Shown: positions 12,247 through 25,917, numbered from the stretch's first letter. The stretch: DNA of 124,000 nt from Wallemia ichthyophaga EXF-994 (GCF_000400465.1 NW_008806277.1:144001-268000), one strand, 5' to 3'. Made by a program: numbers and translations. Notes: generated by a model not told the origin, from the letters alone.

Positions 12247-14783
12247 ATGTTCTCACGCGGTGTAAGAAACTTGCGGCAATTCGCCACCCAAGCCAAACGT
12301 ATTGGTGATCAGAAGGTGGATATGTCCTTGATGTGAGTACTTGAGTATTCCTTGGTCGCTGATCCTGATCTCACTCCAAATCCAGCGAAGCAGGTCAAGG
12401 CAAGTACATTAATTACCAAGTGAGTTTCGTTTGAATCTAGTAAGAATCCCCGCTTACTCATTTACAGCGCATCGAAGACAACCTCAACGTTGTTCGTTCT
12501 CGGTGAGATTTACCGTAGCCGTCTAACCAATCAAATCTTACCAATTACCAGCCTCAATCGTCCTCTCACTCTCTCCGAGAAGATCGTCTACGGCCACTTG
12601 GACAACCCAGAAGAACAAGATATCGAAAGAGGAAAGTCTTACCTGAAGCTTCGTCCGGATGTGAGCAACTCAGCCAATCAGATGTTCTTAATTTCTAACC
12701 CGTTTTACAGCGCGTTGCTTGCCAAGATGCTACTGCTCAAATGGCTCTCCTTCAATTCATGTCTGCTGGTCTCCCAACCACAGCTGTACCAACTACCGTC
12801 CACTGTGATCACTTGATCGAGGCTCAAGTTGGCGGTGTTGCCGACTTGGCCCGTGCCAACGACCTCAACAAAGAAGTTTTCGACTTCTTGTCAACCGCTA
12901 CTCAGAAGTACGGTATTGGCTTCTGGAAGCCTGGTTCTGGTATCATTCACCAAATCGTTCTTGAAAACTACGCCACTCCTGGTTTACTCATGATTGGTAC
13001 TGACTCCCACACTCCAAACGCCGGTGGTCTCGGTATGGTTGCCGTGGGTGTTGGTGGTGCTGACGCTGTTGACGTCATGGCAAACCTCCCATGGGAATTA
13101 AAGTGTCCAAAGGTTATCGGTGTTAAGCTTGAAGGTAAAATGAGTGGTTGGACTACTCCAAAAGATATCATTCTCAAGGTCGCTGGTATTCTCACCGTTA
13201 AAGGTGGTACCGGTGCTATCATCGAATACTTTGGTCCAGGTGTTGACTCGTTATCTTGCACTGGTATGGCAACCATCTGTAACATGGGTGCTGAAATTGG
13301 TGCTACCACCTCTCTCTTCCAATTCAACGATCGTATGACTTCATACTTGACTGCAACTGGTCGTAAAGCTCAAGCTGACTACGCTAAACAATTCGCTCCA
13401 AACCTCGTACGTGACCAAGACGCTGAATACGATCAAACTATCACCATCGACCTTAACGAGCTTGAACCACACATCAATGGTCCATACACTCCTGATCTTG
13501 CAACTCCACTCTCTCAATTTGCTGGTGAAGTTAAGAAGAACAACTGGCCACAAGAACTCAAAGTTGCCTTGATCGGTTCATGTACTAACTCTTCATACGA
13601 GGACATGACTCGTTCAGCTTCTATCGCCAAGGAGGCACACGACGCTGGTTTGTCTGCCAAATCTAGATTCACAATCACTCCTGGTTCTGAGCAAATTCGT
13701 GCAACCATCTCTAGAGACGGTGTTATTGAGAACTTTGAAGAAGTTGGTGGTATCGTTCTTGCCAACGCATGTGGTCCATGTATCGGTCAATGGGATCGTC
13801 AAGATGTTAAGAAGGGTGAAGCAAACTCTATCATCACTTCTTACAACCGTAACTTTACTGGTCGTAACGATGCCAACCCAGGTACCCACGCCTTTGTTGC
13901 TTCCCCAGACCTTGTCACTGCCATGGCCTTCGCTGGTGATCTCACCTTCAACCCAATGAAGGACACCCTCAAGACTGAAGATGGCAAGGACTTTAGATTC
14001 TCCGACCCAGCTGGTTATGAACTTCCACCAAAAGGCTATACCGCTGGTGAGAATACCTTCCAACCACCATCAGAGCACCCAGAACAAGTTTCGGTCGCTG
14101 TTGATCCAAACTCACAACGTTTGCAACTTCTTGAGCCATTCGACAAGTGGAATGGTGAAGACCCACAAGATCTCCCAGTTCTTATCAAAACTCGTGGTAA
14201 GTGTACCACTGATCACATCTCAGCTGCTGGTCCATGGTTGAAATACAGAGGTCACTTGCAAAACATCTCACAAAACTGTCTGATTGGTGCAATTAACGAC
14301 GCCAATGGCAAGGCTAACTCTGTAGAGAACCTTGAGACTGGTGAGTGGGGCCCAGTTCCAACTGTTGGAGCTTGGTACCGTGACCACGGCATAAAGTGGG
14401 TTGTTGTTGGTGATAACAACTACGGTGAAGGATCATCTAGAGAACATGCCGCACTTGAGCCTCGCTACTTGGGTGGTACAGCTGTCATTACCAAGTCTTT
14501 TGCTCGTATTCACGAAGCCAACCTCAAAAAGCAAGGTATGCTTGCTCTCAACTTTAAGAACGAGGCAGACTACGATAAGGTGCAACCAAACGACAAGATC
14601 TCTTTGAAGGGTGTTAAGGACAACTTCCACCCAGGATCTGAGCTCACCATGGTATGCAAGCACAAGGATGGCTCTGTTGATGAGTTCCCATTAACACACA
14701 CATACAACCAAGAGCAGATCCAATGGTTCATCAACGGCTCAGCTCTTAACTTGATGAAGGCTCAAGCTGAGGGTAAGGCTTAA
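12247..14783 (+). CDS. ACO1: Mitochondrial aconitate hydratase
   Basis: [62 protein letters not shown]. Confidence 0.97.
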
Positions 14784-14979
14784 AAGATGAACATAGTATA
14801 AGCGCATTAATCTGTTTTTCTAATTATTTACACTGATTTTACTTATTCTAACTTTGTATTGAATTATACACAAACAATATGTAACCTAAGAGCAGTTGTA
14901 TAGTGCGCAGTTTGTTATAAGATGAAAAGCGTGCAGTGTATTGTAAGATGAAAATATAGTGGTATCCTTCTATATTAAA

Positions 14980-16189
14980 TTACAGTAGAGTTTCCAGTCG
15001 AACACCTTGGTCTAGTACCCGCGACAGCTTAATAACGCGTTCCTTGAGAGAAAGTTGTCGCAAAGCCATTATTTTTTCTATTGCGTGAAGTTGAAATTTG
15101 AGTTTATGGGAAGCGGAAACCTTGATAGTGATAGCGGCAGCGGACAAAGACTCTAAGAAAGTCTTGAAGCATCTGTCATCCCGAGCGAAGACGTATGTGG
15201 GTATAGGTTCACCCTGTTGGTAGAAACATAGAACTTGTGACCAACAAGCCATCATGACTAGATCAGCTATACCATTACTGAGGTAGTCATCCAGACTGGC
15301 AATCGTAGATGCACTCTTATCTAATCTCCATGTAGCGAACTTTCTCAGTTCATCGGTTGCTGTTTGGACAGGTTTGCTGAGTTGAGGGTGGTTTAGAGCT
15401 GCTGCGACGAGTTGAGTAGCATCGTTGATGAATTTGTCGCCCTCTTTGGTGCGTCAGCGGGTGCTACTCGGAGAATCGCAAAACTTACCACTCATAACGA
15501 GAGTTTGGAGGTAGGAAGCGAGGAGATCAGTCTGTTGGTGGAGTGAGATAGGATTGAGATGTGCATATAGGCGAGCTACCTACCTGACCAGTTGACAAAC
15601 CATGATCAATGGCTAGTTTTAAGTTTGTTCTTAAACTCTTGAGTATATCGCGGTTTTCAGCGGTTTTGAGGGTGTTTTCATCCATAGTGTTAACCCATTT
15701 GGACATTGCACCGACGAGGACAATAGCGATACCGTCATACTCTTTACCAAGTCTCATAGCATGGACTAGTGGGGTAGTCCCGCCGACCTTCTTCAAAAGA
15801 AGTTGGAAGGAGTGATCACGGCATGTCATGATGAACATGATGTCCTTTGTTTCAATAGCTTTGAATAACTCCCAAGGCATCAAAGGTCGCTTTGGTTTGG
15901 TTGTAAGTTCACTCGATTTCTTTACAAGTTTCTTGCCAATTGGGCTGATTGAAGAGCCTTGTAAACTATTAGTCAACGCCTCATTTAAATTTGATTGCTG
16001 GTGCTTCACGGATATTTCACATTTGGATATAGCATCATACTCTAATGACTTGAGCGGCGGCAACTGCTTGGGAAGTGTATAGAGAGAAGGCAAAATATTA
16101 TTTATCTTATCAGGAATTGGATTGATAACTAATCTGCCGTCATCGATATCGTTATCTGGATTATCCAATAGATATTGATAGTTGGCCAT
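14980..16189 (-). CDS. Conserved fungal hypothetical protein
   Basis: ORFs 15527-16207 and 14980-15255 join through canonical introns; protein-like sequence (TPLVHAMRLG, LKLAIDHGL, FARDDRCF); no family recognised. Confidence 0.6.
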
Positions 16190-16218
16190 TAACGAGTACT
16201 TCTTCACCGTCCACCATC

Positions 16219-18143
16219 ATGTACGATAAATTGAGACTGTAAGTTAATTCTATTAGATTATGTTAACTCCCTCATATCCATTGAACAGCCTGTCTTCCAA
16301 ACAAGCGTACACTCTCGAGCCTCTCAGTGGCACTGGACAGTCACTCACCATCGATAGAGCTACTCGTGAATTAAATCTAGTAAACTCGCCCAAGGATGTA
16401 CACAGTGATGTTGATAGCGTCATCACACTATACGGTATACTCGGTATTATTCACCTCTCCACTACTCCGTTCCTCATTGCTATCAGCGACCGTGAACTCG
16501 CTGGTACAATCAATGGCTGTGATGTTTACAGAGCCACTGACTTTAAAATGTTCCCTATAGACCGCTCTTCCACTCTGTCTGAAATCCTTAAACATCCCGT
16601 CGACGGTGTTTTACTAGGTCTACTCAAAGATCACTTTAGAGACGGTAACTTCTTCTTTTCTCATTCTTTCGACGTTACAAGCAGTTTACAGAGGCAGCAA
16701 CGACACAACCAAGGGCCACTCCATCACAGATCGGACGATCGCTTCTTTTGGAACAAGTTCCTTCAAATGCCTTTGCTGGAATCTGAGCTTGATCTCAGCA
16801 AATTTATCCTCCCTGTCATCTACGGCTTCCTCGAGATTAAGCCAACGAGTATCTTCGGTCAACCCCTCTCCATTACCCTGATTGCAAGAAGATGCAGATA
16901 CAGAGCAGGTACTCGTTATTTTAGCAGGGGTATAGATAGTCATGGAAATGTTTCAAATTTCAACGAAACTGAGCAGATTGTACAAATCGGCAATAATACT
17001 CTCTACTCACACGTACAATGCAGAGGTTCTGTGCCTATTTATTGGTCAGAGATCAACACTCTCAGATACAAGCCTGATCTTCAAATAATGGACTTACCTC
17101 AGATAACTGAGTCTCTCAGACTACACCTCAGCTCACTCGTTGACCACTATGGCAAGGTCACCTGCATCAACCTTGTCAATCAAAAGGGTTATGAAAAGCC
17201 AGTTAAGGAGTGGTTCGAAGCTGCGCTTGACAAGATTGACCACCCCAACACTGATTACTTGTACTTTGACTTCCACAGCGAATGCAGCAAGATGCGTTGG
17301 GACAGAATCCAGATCCTGATTGATCGCCTAGATGATGACCTAAAAGCACAAGGCTATTTCAAGAAGGATGCTCAAACCGTATCTAATACCCAACAGAGTG
17401 TCTTCAGAACCAACTGCATGGATTGTCTCGATCGCACCAATGTAGTACAGAGCGCAGTGGCTAGAGTTGTACTCACTGCACAGCTCGCTGACGCTAATTT
17501 GATCGGACCTAGCGATCAGCTCAGTGATGATATTGGATTCAATTATCTCTTCAGAAATATCTGGGCTGACCACGCAGATGCTGTCTCCGTCACTTACAGC
17601 GGCACGGGCGCACTCAAGACCGACTTCACCCGCACAGGTAGACGTACACTCCAAGGAGCGTTCTGGGATTTAGTCAACAGCATAACGAGGTACATTAAAA
17701 ACAATTACTACGACGGCAGTAGACAGGATGCGTTTGATTTTGTGCTCGGCGCTTGGTCACCTCGTGTGTCAAATCCACGTGCTGTGATCAAAGACGACAG
17801 GTCTGCAATAACGAAAGCCGTGCCTTATGTACTGACATATTCACTCCTCGTGCTCATTTCGGGTGTTGTGTTGCCGAAAGAGAGAGGAAGATCACTGCTT
17901 ACGTTCTACCTCCTCTTCTCTAACCTCGTCGCACTCTCGTCCGTGTACCTAGTCGCGAACGGCAGGGAGTACGTCGCATGGCCTAAACTCAACCCTCTAG
18001 ACAGTATCATCAACTATAAAGGACCGGGTTATAGAGGCGCCATGCACGGTAGAGGCTTCGCTTGGGGCGTTGGATCTAGCGGCTTGCGCAGCCAGAGTGC
18101 TTCCTCTGTCGATGAGATCGAGATGGGTAAGAAGGCTAGTTAG
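16219..18143 (+). CDS. SAC1: Phosphoinositide phosphatase Sac1
   Basis: RRCRYRAGTRYFSRGID, QCRGSVP, catalytic RTNCMDCLDRTNVVQ, GTGALKTDFTRTG, two C-terminal TM segments. Confidence 0.95.
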
Positions 18144-19371
18144 TGTTGCTCCTTGTAAGCATGTATGCGATGCCCTTTGTTGTTTGTCTGTCTTTTGACT
18201 ACATATAAATGTCTTTTTCTTTCTATTTGGTTTGCTCAGCTCACCTCCCGAATTTAATGTCATGCTTTTGATCCAGAATTCAGGAATCGTGTGGTATTTG
18301 AGATTAAGACACTCTGATAACATTCTCGAGTCCTGAATGATACATCTTTATATCACTTCACGCTTATTCGCGGGCTTGATATACCTCACCGATGACTTCA
18401 AGACGTGTTTGTGAAATGAGAGGACACTTGAAGTATTTCTTTGGACTTTCAGACGCGTGTAGCAGTATAAATTATTCGATTAAATTGAATGTGCTCAAGG
18501 CACCCTAAAAATGACCAAGTGTACGCCATTAGCTGCGTGACTAGGAACGAGGGTATCCGGGTTCGTGAAACACAAAAACATAGAACGCTACAAAACGCTA
18601 GCAACAGTAAATCTAAAGAAAATCGTCAAAATCCTTGTGGAACTATAAGCTACATAATGATACCAATTGTTCGACTTCATGGTCGCGCACTCGTCAAACA
18701 TTTCATTTTTGGCCTGAAGGAGGAAAAGGTTAGCGAAGGGTTCAGCGTGTAGCTTTAAGACATTGTTTATATTCAAGAGCTAATGGCTAATGGCTAGACA
18801 ACCAATTAATCGTTGCTATTCAAATGACGTCGCAAATCATAGAGATAATGCGAAGAATTGCATAGTAAGGCGCCTTAGTGGTTTAAATGGAACAAAAGAG
18901 TGCTTCCAGCTGATCGCTCTTGCATGAGCCTAATCATGTAATCATCTACACATCATCTACGCGCATCATTGCAAAAATATTTGAGGATTACAAATGGTGA
19001 TTATTTGCAGTAAATTCTCAAACAATGTGTCCGAAATAAGCTGATGCCTTCCCTAGAAGTGAGTGGGCTGGAGCTATTTTTTATCAAACAATGCACTATC
19101 AACTGAAAAATGTAAAACAAATCCGAGACAGATTATTGAGTGTTATTAATAATTGTTGATAATTTTAACAATTATCTCATGTATACACTCTATGCAAATG
19201 CAATAAGTCGCTATTGTGTGGGGCGAGAGTGGGGGCAGACCTAAGAGCGTCTTTGTTTTCATCGTATTTCATAATTAAGCTTCATAAATTTTGCAACTGT
19301 GTAATATTATGCTCATGAAGTGAGATAGTATCTTTACTCGATCATTTCTCCCACTTACTTGAACCACCACC

Positions 19372-19707
19372 ATGCGACTTCAAGAACTACCACACGATGT
19401 TATTGTAGAAATTTTCAGCTAACTCGATGGTGACGACCGGTACATGCTACGCTTCTTCAGCAGTATTTTATACAACGCAATCCCAAAGTCGCAAGTGTTG
19501 ATGCTTACAGGGCCGCGTTCGAAATCCGTTGAATTCGTCACACTAGCCGAGGCAGATGAGTTGCTCTTCTTAAGCAACGTATTAAGGAACAAAAAAAAAC
19601 ATCGGAAAGAACAGTGTACGTCATCTGCCTTTAAAAAAAAAAGGCAGGCTAATTGTTTGTCGGGGGAGAAGAGCTCAAAGCTATACAAAAGAGTGTTAGA
19701 GCCATAA
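19372..19707 (+). pseudogene. F-box pseudogene with in-frame stop
   Basis: MRLQELPHDVIVEIFS*LDGDDRYMLRFFSSILYNAI; TAA at 19420-19422 interrupts an F-box consensus that continues in frame into ORF 19444-19707. Confidence 0.55.
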
Positions 19708-20140
19708 AGAATCGATAATTCCTCTATGCATGCCCGCCAGATGGCTCACAAAAGATATTACCGAGGTGTCTTGGATCCTCGTGAAAGATATTGCTCTACC
19801 ACGACCACACTTGAAGAATAATTCATCGCAGATGCAGATGAAGACGGATAGAGTGACAAATATATAGGCTAGTATATATACGTTGATTTAGATGAGATGT
19901 ATCACTTCGAAGTGATGGAATTGGAAGATGACTTACGAGAGCATTGCTTGGAGGATTTTGATGGTGATGTTTATTTTGACTGAGTTTTAAACATCTTTGA
20001 TACCAAGTTTTGTCTTCATATCAAACCATGTTGTAGACAATTTGTAGATAATTTTAATGATTAGGGAGTAAAAAGTTATACATCTGTTTTTAGAATACAA
20101 TTATATATATCTCGTGCGGAGTGCGTTGTGGTATTTGACT

Positions 20141-21745
20141 TCAGATGACGCCATCTAGTTGATTAGCGAAATCAAAGTCGTCAAAGCTGTCACTGTGGTT
20201 ATCACTGGGGGTGTCTTTATCGAGGGAGTCAAGGTCGTCGGAGGTGTTGTCGGTTCTATGTCGCTTGGGAGTATCCGAGTTGGATTGGTTGTTAGTGTGA
20301 CTGTGCAAATCCTGCTCATCTATGCTTGGAGGTGTAGAACTCTTGCGAGATCTTTTCTTAGTGTTCTCTTTAACCTCCTCTCCTTTCTCTTCCTCGGCGC
20401 TGTCCTCATTAAGGAAATCTTCGAGCTCCTGATCGGCGGTATCCCAATCGACATGATCGGTAGTAGGTTTATCATTGAAACTTTGCACCTGTTTTGGCCA
20501 TTTAGGTCGAGAGTGTGAATCGAGATAGTAAGAATCCTCTTTACGACATTCCCACAAATTACACGAATCGATGAGCCACTGAGGGGTAACGACATGAGCG
20601 ACATCCTCCCGTCTCGCTTCGTCTACTTTAGCAGTACCCTTTTTAGCAGCGACGACGTGTGTGATGGCGGAGGAGTAGGTAGTGTGTACTTGTGCGCCAT
20701 ATCGCACGGCGAGGTGGTACAGAGGGCTGTGTTCGATGTGTGCACCGAGTGGGACGACTGCGCTGAATAACAAATGCACTCCGCGTAGCACTAGACGTTG
20801 CATGTGGGGGATTATCTCGGCGACGTCTGGATCATCGCCCGCGTTACGGTATGTGTAGTATGTAGAATGGATTTGGCGGAGAATGCGTAAAAGACGAGGG
20901 AGTTCAGCGTCGGGAGTGCGAGAGAGGAGTTGACGATGCTCCCTTTGTCGCTGGGCGAGTGGACGTTGATTGGCTTGTTGGGAGAGAGAGAGGTTGTGGT
21001 GATCACGATGGTCACTATCCTCACCCCCCTTCTCGCCAACCTCTTCATCAAAGTGAACCTCCTCCTCACCGGCGTTTATATCACCTATACCAACGAAGAA
21101 TTCAAAAGGGTTGCATTTGACAAGGTTTGGAGAATCAGACCAGACATCAGCGCGGTCATCGATAATGACACACATGGAAGTGTCGGTGGGGAAGAGGCGG
21201 AGGAGGGATTTAGAGGTGAAGCTACCAGAGTCATCGCGGGTGAGGATACGTTCAGAGAATAAGGAGCCGGTGGGGTCAATAAGTTGACATACTGCAGCAG
21301 CGTAAGACTTGGTTCCCATAGTGTAGACGTGTAGTTCGTATAGGTGGTTGAGTTCATGTAGGAAATCGATCAAACCGGGTCTGAATTTGACAAAGTAGGA
21401 GCAGCTTTGATTGAGAGGAGTGAAGTCATCTAATTTGAACTTGTGAATGTCGTCTAAGGCACCAGGATAGACCAAGGAAGGATCATCCAACCAGGATTGA
21501 ACAGTTGGGTCAACAGTGGCGTGAATTACAGTCTGATCGAGATCGACGATTAAGCTGAGCTTGGATGATTTTAATAGGGAATGCTTTGAGCGTGTGGAAA
21601 TCCGTTTAGCTTCGTCGTAGGTGACGGTGAGATTTGCGGTGGAGTGGGAGATGTGAAGAGAGTTGTTTACAGTGGAAGTAATATCTATACCACAGACAGC
21701 ACATAAACCAGCTAATTGTACAGGATGTGTACATGGATCAGACAT
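20141..21745 (-). CDS. FCP1: RNA Pol II CTD phosphatase Fcp1
   Basis: LSLIVDLDQTVIHAT (DxDxT), KFRPG, ILTRDD, IIDDRADVW, C-terminal BRCT domain. Confidence 0.93.
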   Translation of the reverse strand: MSDPCTHPVQLAGLCAVCGIDITSTVNNSLHISHSTANLTVTYDEAKRISTRSKHSLLKSSKLSLIVDLDQTVIHATVDPTVQSWLDDPSLVYPGALDDIHKFKLDDFTPLNQSCSYFVKFRPGLIDFLHELNHLYELHVYTMGTKSYAAAVCQLIDPTGSLFSERILTRDDSGSFTSKSLLRLFPTDTSMCVIIDDRADVWSDSPNLVKCNPFEFFVGIGDINAGEEEVHFDEEVGEKGGEDSDHRDHHNLSLSQQANQRPLAQRQREHRQLLSRTPDAELPRLLRILRQIHSTYYTYRNAGDDPDVAEIIPHMQRLVLRGVHLLFSAVVPLGAHIEHSPLYHLAVRYGAQVHTTYSSAITHVVAAKKGTAKVDEARREDVAHVVTPQWLIDSCNLWECRKEDSYYLDSHSRPKWPKQVQSFNDKPTTDHVDWDTADQELEDFLNEDSAEEEKGEEVKENTKKRSRKSSTPPSIDEQDLHSHTNNQSNSDTPKRHRTDNTSDDLDSLDKDTPSDNHSDSFDDFDFANQLDGVI

Positions 21746-21806
21746 GGTTGTTGGTTAAATAGGAACATTCAAGTAAAATTGAAGGAAATGGAGAAATTAG
21801 AAGTCA

Positions 21807-22077
21807 ATGATGGCCAAGAGAGGGTTGGTGGGTGGGTGGTATTAGAAATATTCTAATCTCACCAACCACAGCAAATCTCCTCAATAATCTCGATAAGGAT
21901 AAGAAGCAGGAGGAGTTTAGGAGAGGTGGTGGTTTGCCTGAATCTAGTGCATTAGACAGGGTGAAGGAGTTTCTGCCTGAGATGAAAAAATCCAATGAAA
22001 GTACGTTAAAGAGTATGGAGGATGTGGGTGAAGAGGATAAGCATATAGAGATGAATATATATAAACCATCTATTTGA
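21807..22077 (+). CDS. Small acidic protein, DUF4598/NOPCHAP1-like
   Basis: SSALDRVKEFLPEMKKSNE...HIEMNI resembles the DUF4598 core as recalled. Confidence 0.5.
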
Positions 22078-22837
22078 ATTTGTGTATCAAGTATTTAGAT
22101 TTAAGTAGGTTGTAAACGAGGCTGTTGAGTGGGTGTGGCTGGTTGAGTTCATTGGCAATGTCCACTATGAAACCACTGAGGAAGTTGATGTCTGGATATC
22201 GGTGTTGTTTAATTTGCAAGTCAAGGTGGTTGTGAGCGTGTTTATTGGTGAATATACAGTCACTCCCCAGTCTTCTATTTGTGGAATGGATTAGATTGTT
22301 AGTTAGTAATTTTGAAGGGAATGTTAAACTCCTATTGAGGTAATAGTGGTGGAATATATTCGAAGATTCCTGTATTATGTCGTGCAGTAGCACCTTTGAA
22401 GGGATAGTCGTTGTTAGACTGGGTAGACTGGTGTTTAGTAGAGTGGATATGGACTGAATAGCTGAGTGGATGATTATATTCTCAATAGACGTTGCCTCTA
22501 GTTGATCTATATTGGTTGAAGGGATCGCCAAATCCAACTGATTATCACCGTGTATCCGTGTAAGTGTGTTGTTGTACTCAATGAATAGCGTATAATTGAT
22601 ATTACTACTTCTCAATAAATTGTAATAGACTCCCAAGTAATTTATACTGTTAACCACCACGCTACTCCCATCCACCCTACTATTCCCATCCAATGCCTTG
22701 TAAATGCTAGTCAAACTTGAATTTAAATAGAGTACATCAATTCTATTGTAATTCATTAGCGATGACTTGTAATTTACCCCTGTTAAATTCATTTTTTTAA
22801 AATTCTTGGATAACCTTCCAATCCTATGTAAATTCAT
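22070..22837 (-). CDS. Highly diverged ketopantoate-reductase-fold (ApbA_C; Pan5/Cbs2-like) protein
   Basis: 255-aa ORF; C-terminus DLQIKQHRYPDINFLSGFIVDIANELNQPHPLNSLVYNLLKSK matches the ApbA_C end pattern; no clear GxGxxG. Confidence 0.45.
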   Translation of the reverse strand: MNLHRIGRLSKNFKKMNLTGVNYKSSLMNYNRIDVLYLNSSLTSIYKALDGNSRVDGSSVVVNSINYLGVYYNLLRSSNINYTLFIEYNNTLTRIHGDNQLDLAIPSTNIDQLEATSIENIIIHSAIQSISTLLNTSLPSLTTTIPSKVLLHDIIQESSNIFHHYYLNRSLTFPSKLLTNNLIHSTNRRLGSDCIFTNKHAHNHLDLQIKQHRYPDINFLSGFIVDIANELNQPHPLNSLVYNLLKSKYLIHKFK

Positions 22838-22854
22838 CTTGGTCGTTGTCCACT

Positions 22855-25800
22855 ATGTCGATGCACAAGGATAGATTTGAGGCTATTAGAGATGGCAGGG
22901 ATATTGACAATCCTGTCATTTCTAATGTGCTGGGAAGTGCCAACCCTTCAACCACCTTGAAATCCCTCCACCTCCAATCCAACCAAAGGATTTCAACTAA
23001 ATTTCTAACTTGCCCTTCAAATTTAATAGCCTGGTCTATTAACGGGGAGTATCTATTTATTGCCAATGAATCCTCTATTGATATCTTTAACCACTCCACT
23101 TTAATCCATTCCATCAACAACGCACACAACTCAAAGATCACCTCCATTCAAACACTCCACTACGATCCACACAAGATTATCACCGCTGGCTTAGACGGTG
23201 CTATCATCCTCTGGGATATCCTTGAATCCACTCCCATCAAGCACATCACCTACCACTCCCCAATCACTCACCTACTCGTCCACCAGAATTCCTCCGGCAG
23301 ACGCCAATCTACCATATTTATCACCCTAAACAAGCTGGCTGCCAGGTCCAAGGCCGCCGACGGCTCTGATCGTCCCCCTGTCATCAATTCCATCTACTAC
23401 AAGCTCATTTGGCCCCACTCGGCTTCTTCCAACTCTAAACTCCATTCCACTCTCCTCGGCCAATCCCGCCCTCCTACTTCCATCTCAGTCGATGACAACC
23501 TCCTCATCGCCCAGTGCGCCAGGAAGACCAATGTCTCACACCACAACGTGCATTCCTCCCACAGGAACGCTTTTGTTAAATTTATAAGTGGTGAAAAGCA
23601 CAATTTGTGTACTGTCGATCCTTTGAAGCAGTTTTTTGTCACCTCGGAAGCAAATTCCGGTAAAATTCACCTCTGGCCCTACAACAAGCTAGATGAGATG
23701 AAGGCGATGAAACCACAGACGGCGCCAGACTGGCACGGAGGGTACCAGAACAACTGTCCGACCGAGATTCTTCACTGGCACGCCAACGCTGTCCGAGCGC
23801 TTACATTCACCCCTCAAGGCTCTTTCCTCCTCTCTGGCGGTGAAGAGGGAGTACTGGTTCGCTGGCACATCCGTCAGCAAGGGGGGAGGTTAACGAAGCG
23901 CGACTATCTCCCTCGTCTTGGCGCTCCTATCGTCTCCATCACCTGCCACGACGAATCGCGCTGGGTGGTCGGGCTCGCTGATTCCACCAAGCTCTTCGTT
24001 GACGGTGCGCAATGGCGCGTAGAGCATGCTATACGTGGCGTACTTGTACCAAATGTGGACACAAGCTCTGATACTCCCCTTACCGTCACTCCCTCTCCTC
24101 ACAACGTCATCCTCCCCTCCTCGAACCCCGCCGTGCTGCAGGTGTACGATATGGCGTCGAATAGCACAAACGAGCTTGAGGTCTCCCCTACTAATAGGAT
24201 TCAGGGTAGATATGCTGATGGTGATGCTCCGCGCGTTCTCCAGGCCATTACTGCGAGTGGGTGGCTCGCGACGCGCGATGAAGCTGCCGTTAAAATTTGG
24301 CAAGTCGTTGATGGACGTTACACGCTCAACACTCGCATTGATAAGCCGCACGGGGGCTATGCTGTGACTGGAATTGCCTGGAGTGGGAGTGGGAGTGGGA
24401 GCGTCAGTGAAAGTAACACCAACACACCACCCACCCTCGCCACCGTCGGCACCGACCGTAAATGTCGTCTATGGCTTGCCGAGCCGCTCGAGCATCGTCC
24501 GCGAGCTTTGGGAAAGATCAAGAGTGTAATCCGGGAAGGCCAAGGTGAGTGGGGTGTTTTAGATGCGTGCAGAGCTTATCACTTACTTGCCCATGCGTAA
24601 CCACACAGTCTCATACTCTCTTTTCGCCACTGTGCACTACAAAGATGAATGTATCAAACAGATACTCTTCTCACCCGACAGCTCACTCATGGTGCTCGTC
24701 CATGAAGGAGCTCTATCGCTGTGGGATCCTACAGCCGTGCATAGTGGTCGTAATGCCCCGTCTTTCCTTAAAGTACTCCCAGGTGAAGGCCTCGCACTTG
24801 ACGAGGCTGTCTTTGCAGGTGCTAGCCATATCGCTGTGCGCGCTACGGCTGGTAAGAGAGATGCCAGTCATGGTGTGTGTGTGGTGTACGATTTGACTAG
24901 TTGTGAATGTGAGTTGGATTTGGATTACAAGTTGGAGTTAGCGGTTTCACTCATTCTAACACATTCATACTCACAGGTATCTACTCCCACTCATTCGTCT
25001 ACTCCACTCCGCAAATACTCGCTCATCCTTCCCTCCCCGCCTTCGCTGTTATGTCAGGTGCTACACGCCCACGCATGCATAGCGAGCACGATTCTGCGGC
25101 ACTCGAGCGCGAGAAAGTGATCAGTAGAAGTGCAGTATGTACGCAAATGACGACGTTTAGTGTGGGCGTCGGTGAGGGTGTTGTTAAACGACACGTTGCA
25201 GAATTCGATAACACCTACTTTAAGTATGCCGTCTTGCCTGAAGAGGTGGTGAGCAATTTGACCAACAACCACAACACTGACAAAGACACCAACACACACA
25301 CACACTCACCAGCATTCAACCTCATCGGCCTCGCTACCACTCACGACCAGGGCACGCGCGGTGAGCGCGACTCCTCCACACCGGCGCTGGGTAGTAGGGG
25401 AGCAGTGCTGATTGGTGCGGATGCAGCCAAGATGGATCTGCGTAGGGGAGATGGTGGATCTAAAGACAAGAAAAAGACACCAACGAGCAGCATGTTCGAA
25501 GAAATCTTTGGCCGTTTCGATGAACATGTCTTGCAGGCTGAGAAGAGGGCAGCGGGTGAATCTGACGCTGACACACACGCAAATACCTTGGTCAGCTCCT
25601 CTAACACCCCCTCTAACTCAGTCAAACACCTCTTTGACGGCCCTGCTCACCTCCTTCCTGGACCGCAGATGATGTATGGAGACTTTTTGAGCACGTGCCT
25701 GCCCAAACGTGCGCGGGACGGCGGCGACAGCGATACTGCCACATCCACCTCTGTACTGTGGGATGCGCATGGGATGGACAGTGAAAGCAAAGAGGGAGTT

Positions 25801-25917
25801 GATGTGGATATGCACACGGGTAATCAAGCTACCAACACTCATCCACCACCTTCCAACCGCCAGATCGGAAGCGCGGAGGTAAAAGCGATGAGTGAAATGT
25901 TCAAGGAGGTTGTATAG
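22855..25917 (+). CDS. NAN1: WD40 SSU-processome t-UTP subunit Utp17/Nan1 (WDR75)
   Basis: LHWHANAVRALTFTPQGSFLLSGGEEGVLVRW and YLPRLGAPI are WDR75 hallmarks; continues through introns to 25917. Confidence 0.82.

Noticed and set aside
12968-14663. Long antisense and alternate-frame ORFs over ACO1, and similar ones over TRP2, FCP1, NAN1 and others
   Set aside because: Shadow ORFs produced by biased codon usage of the real gene; no recognisable motifs.
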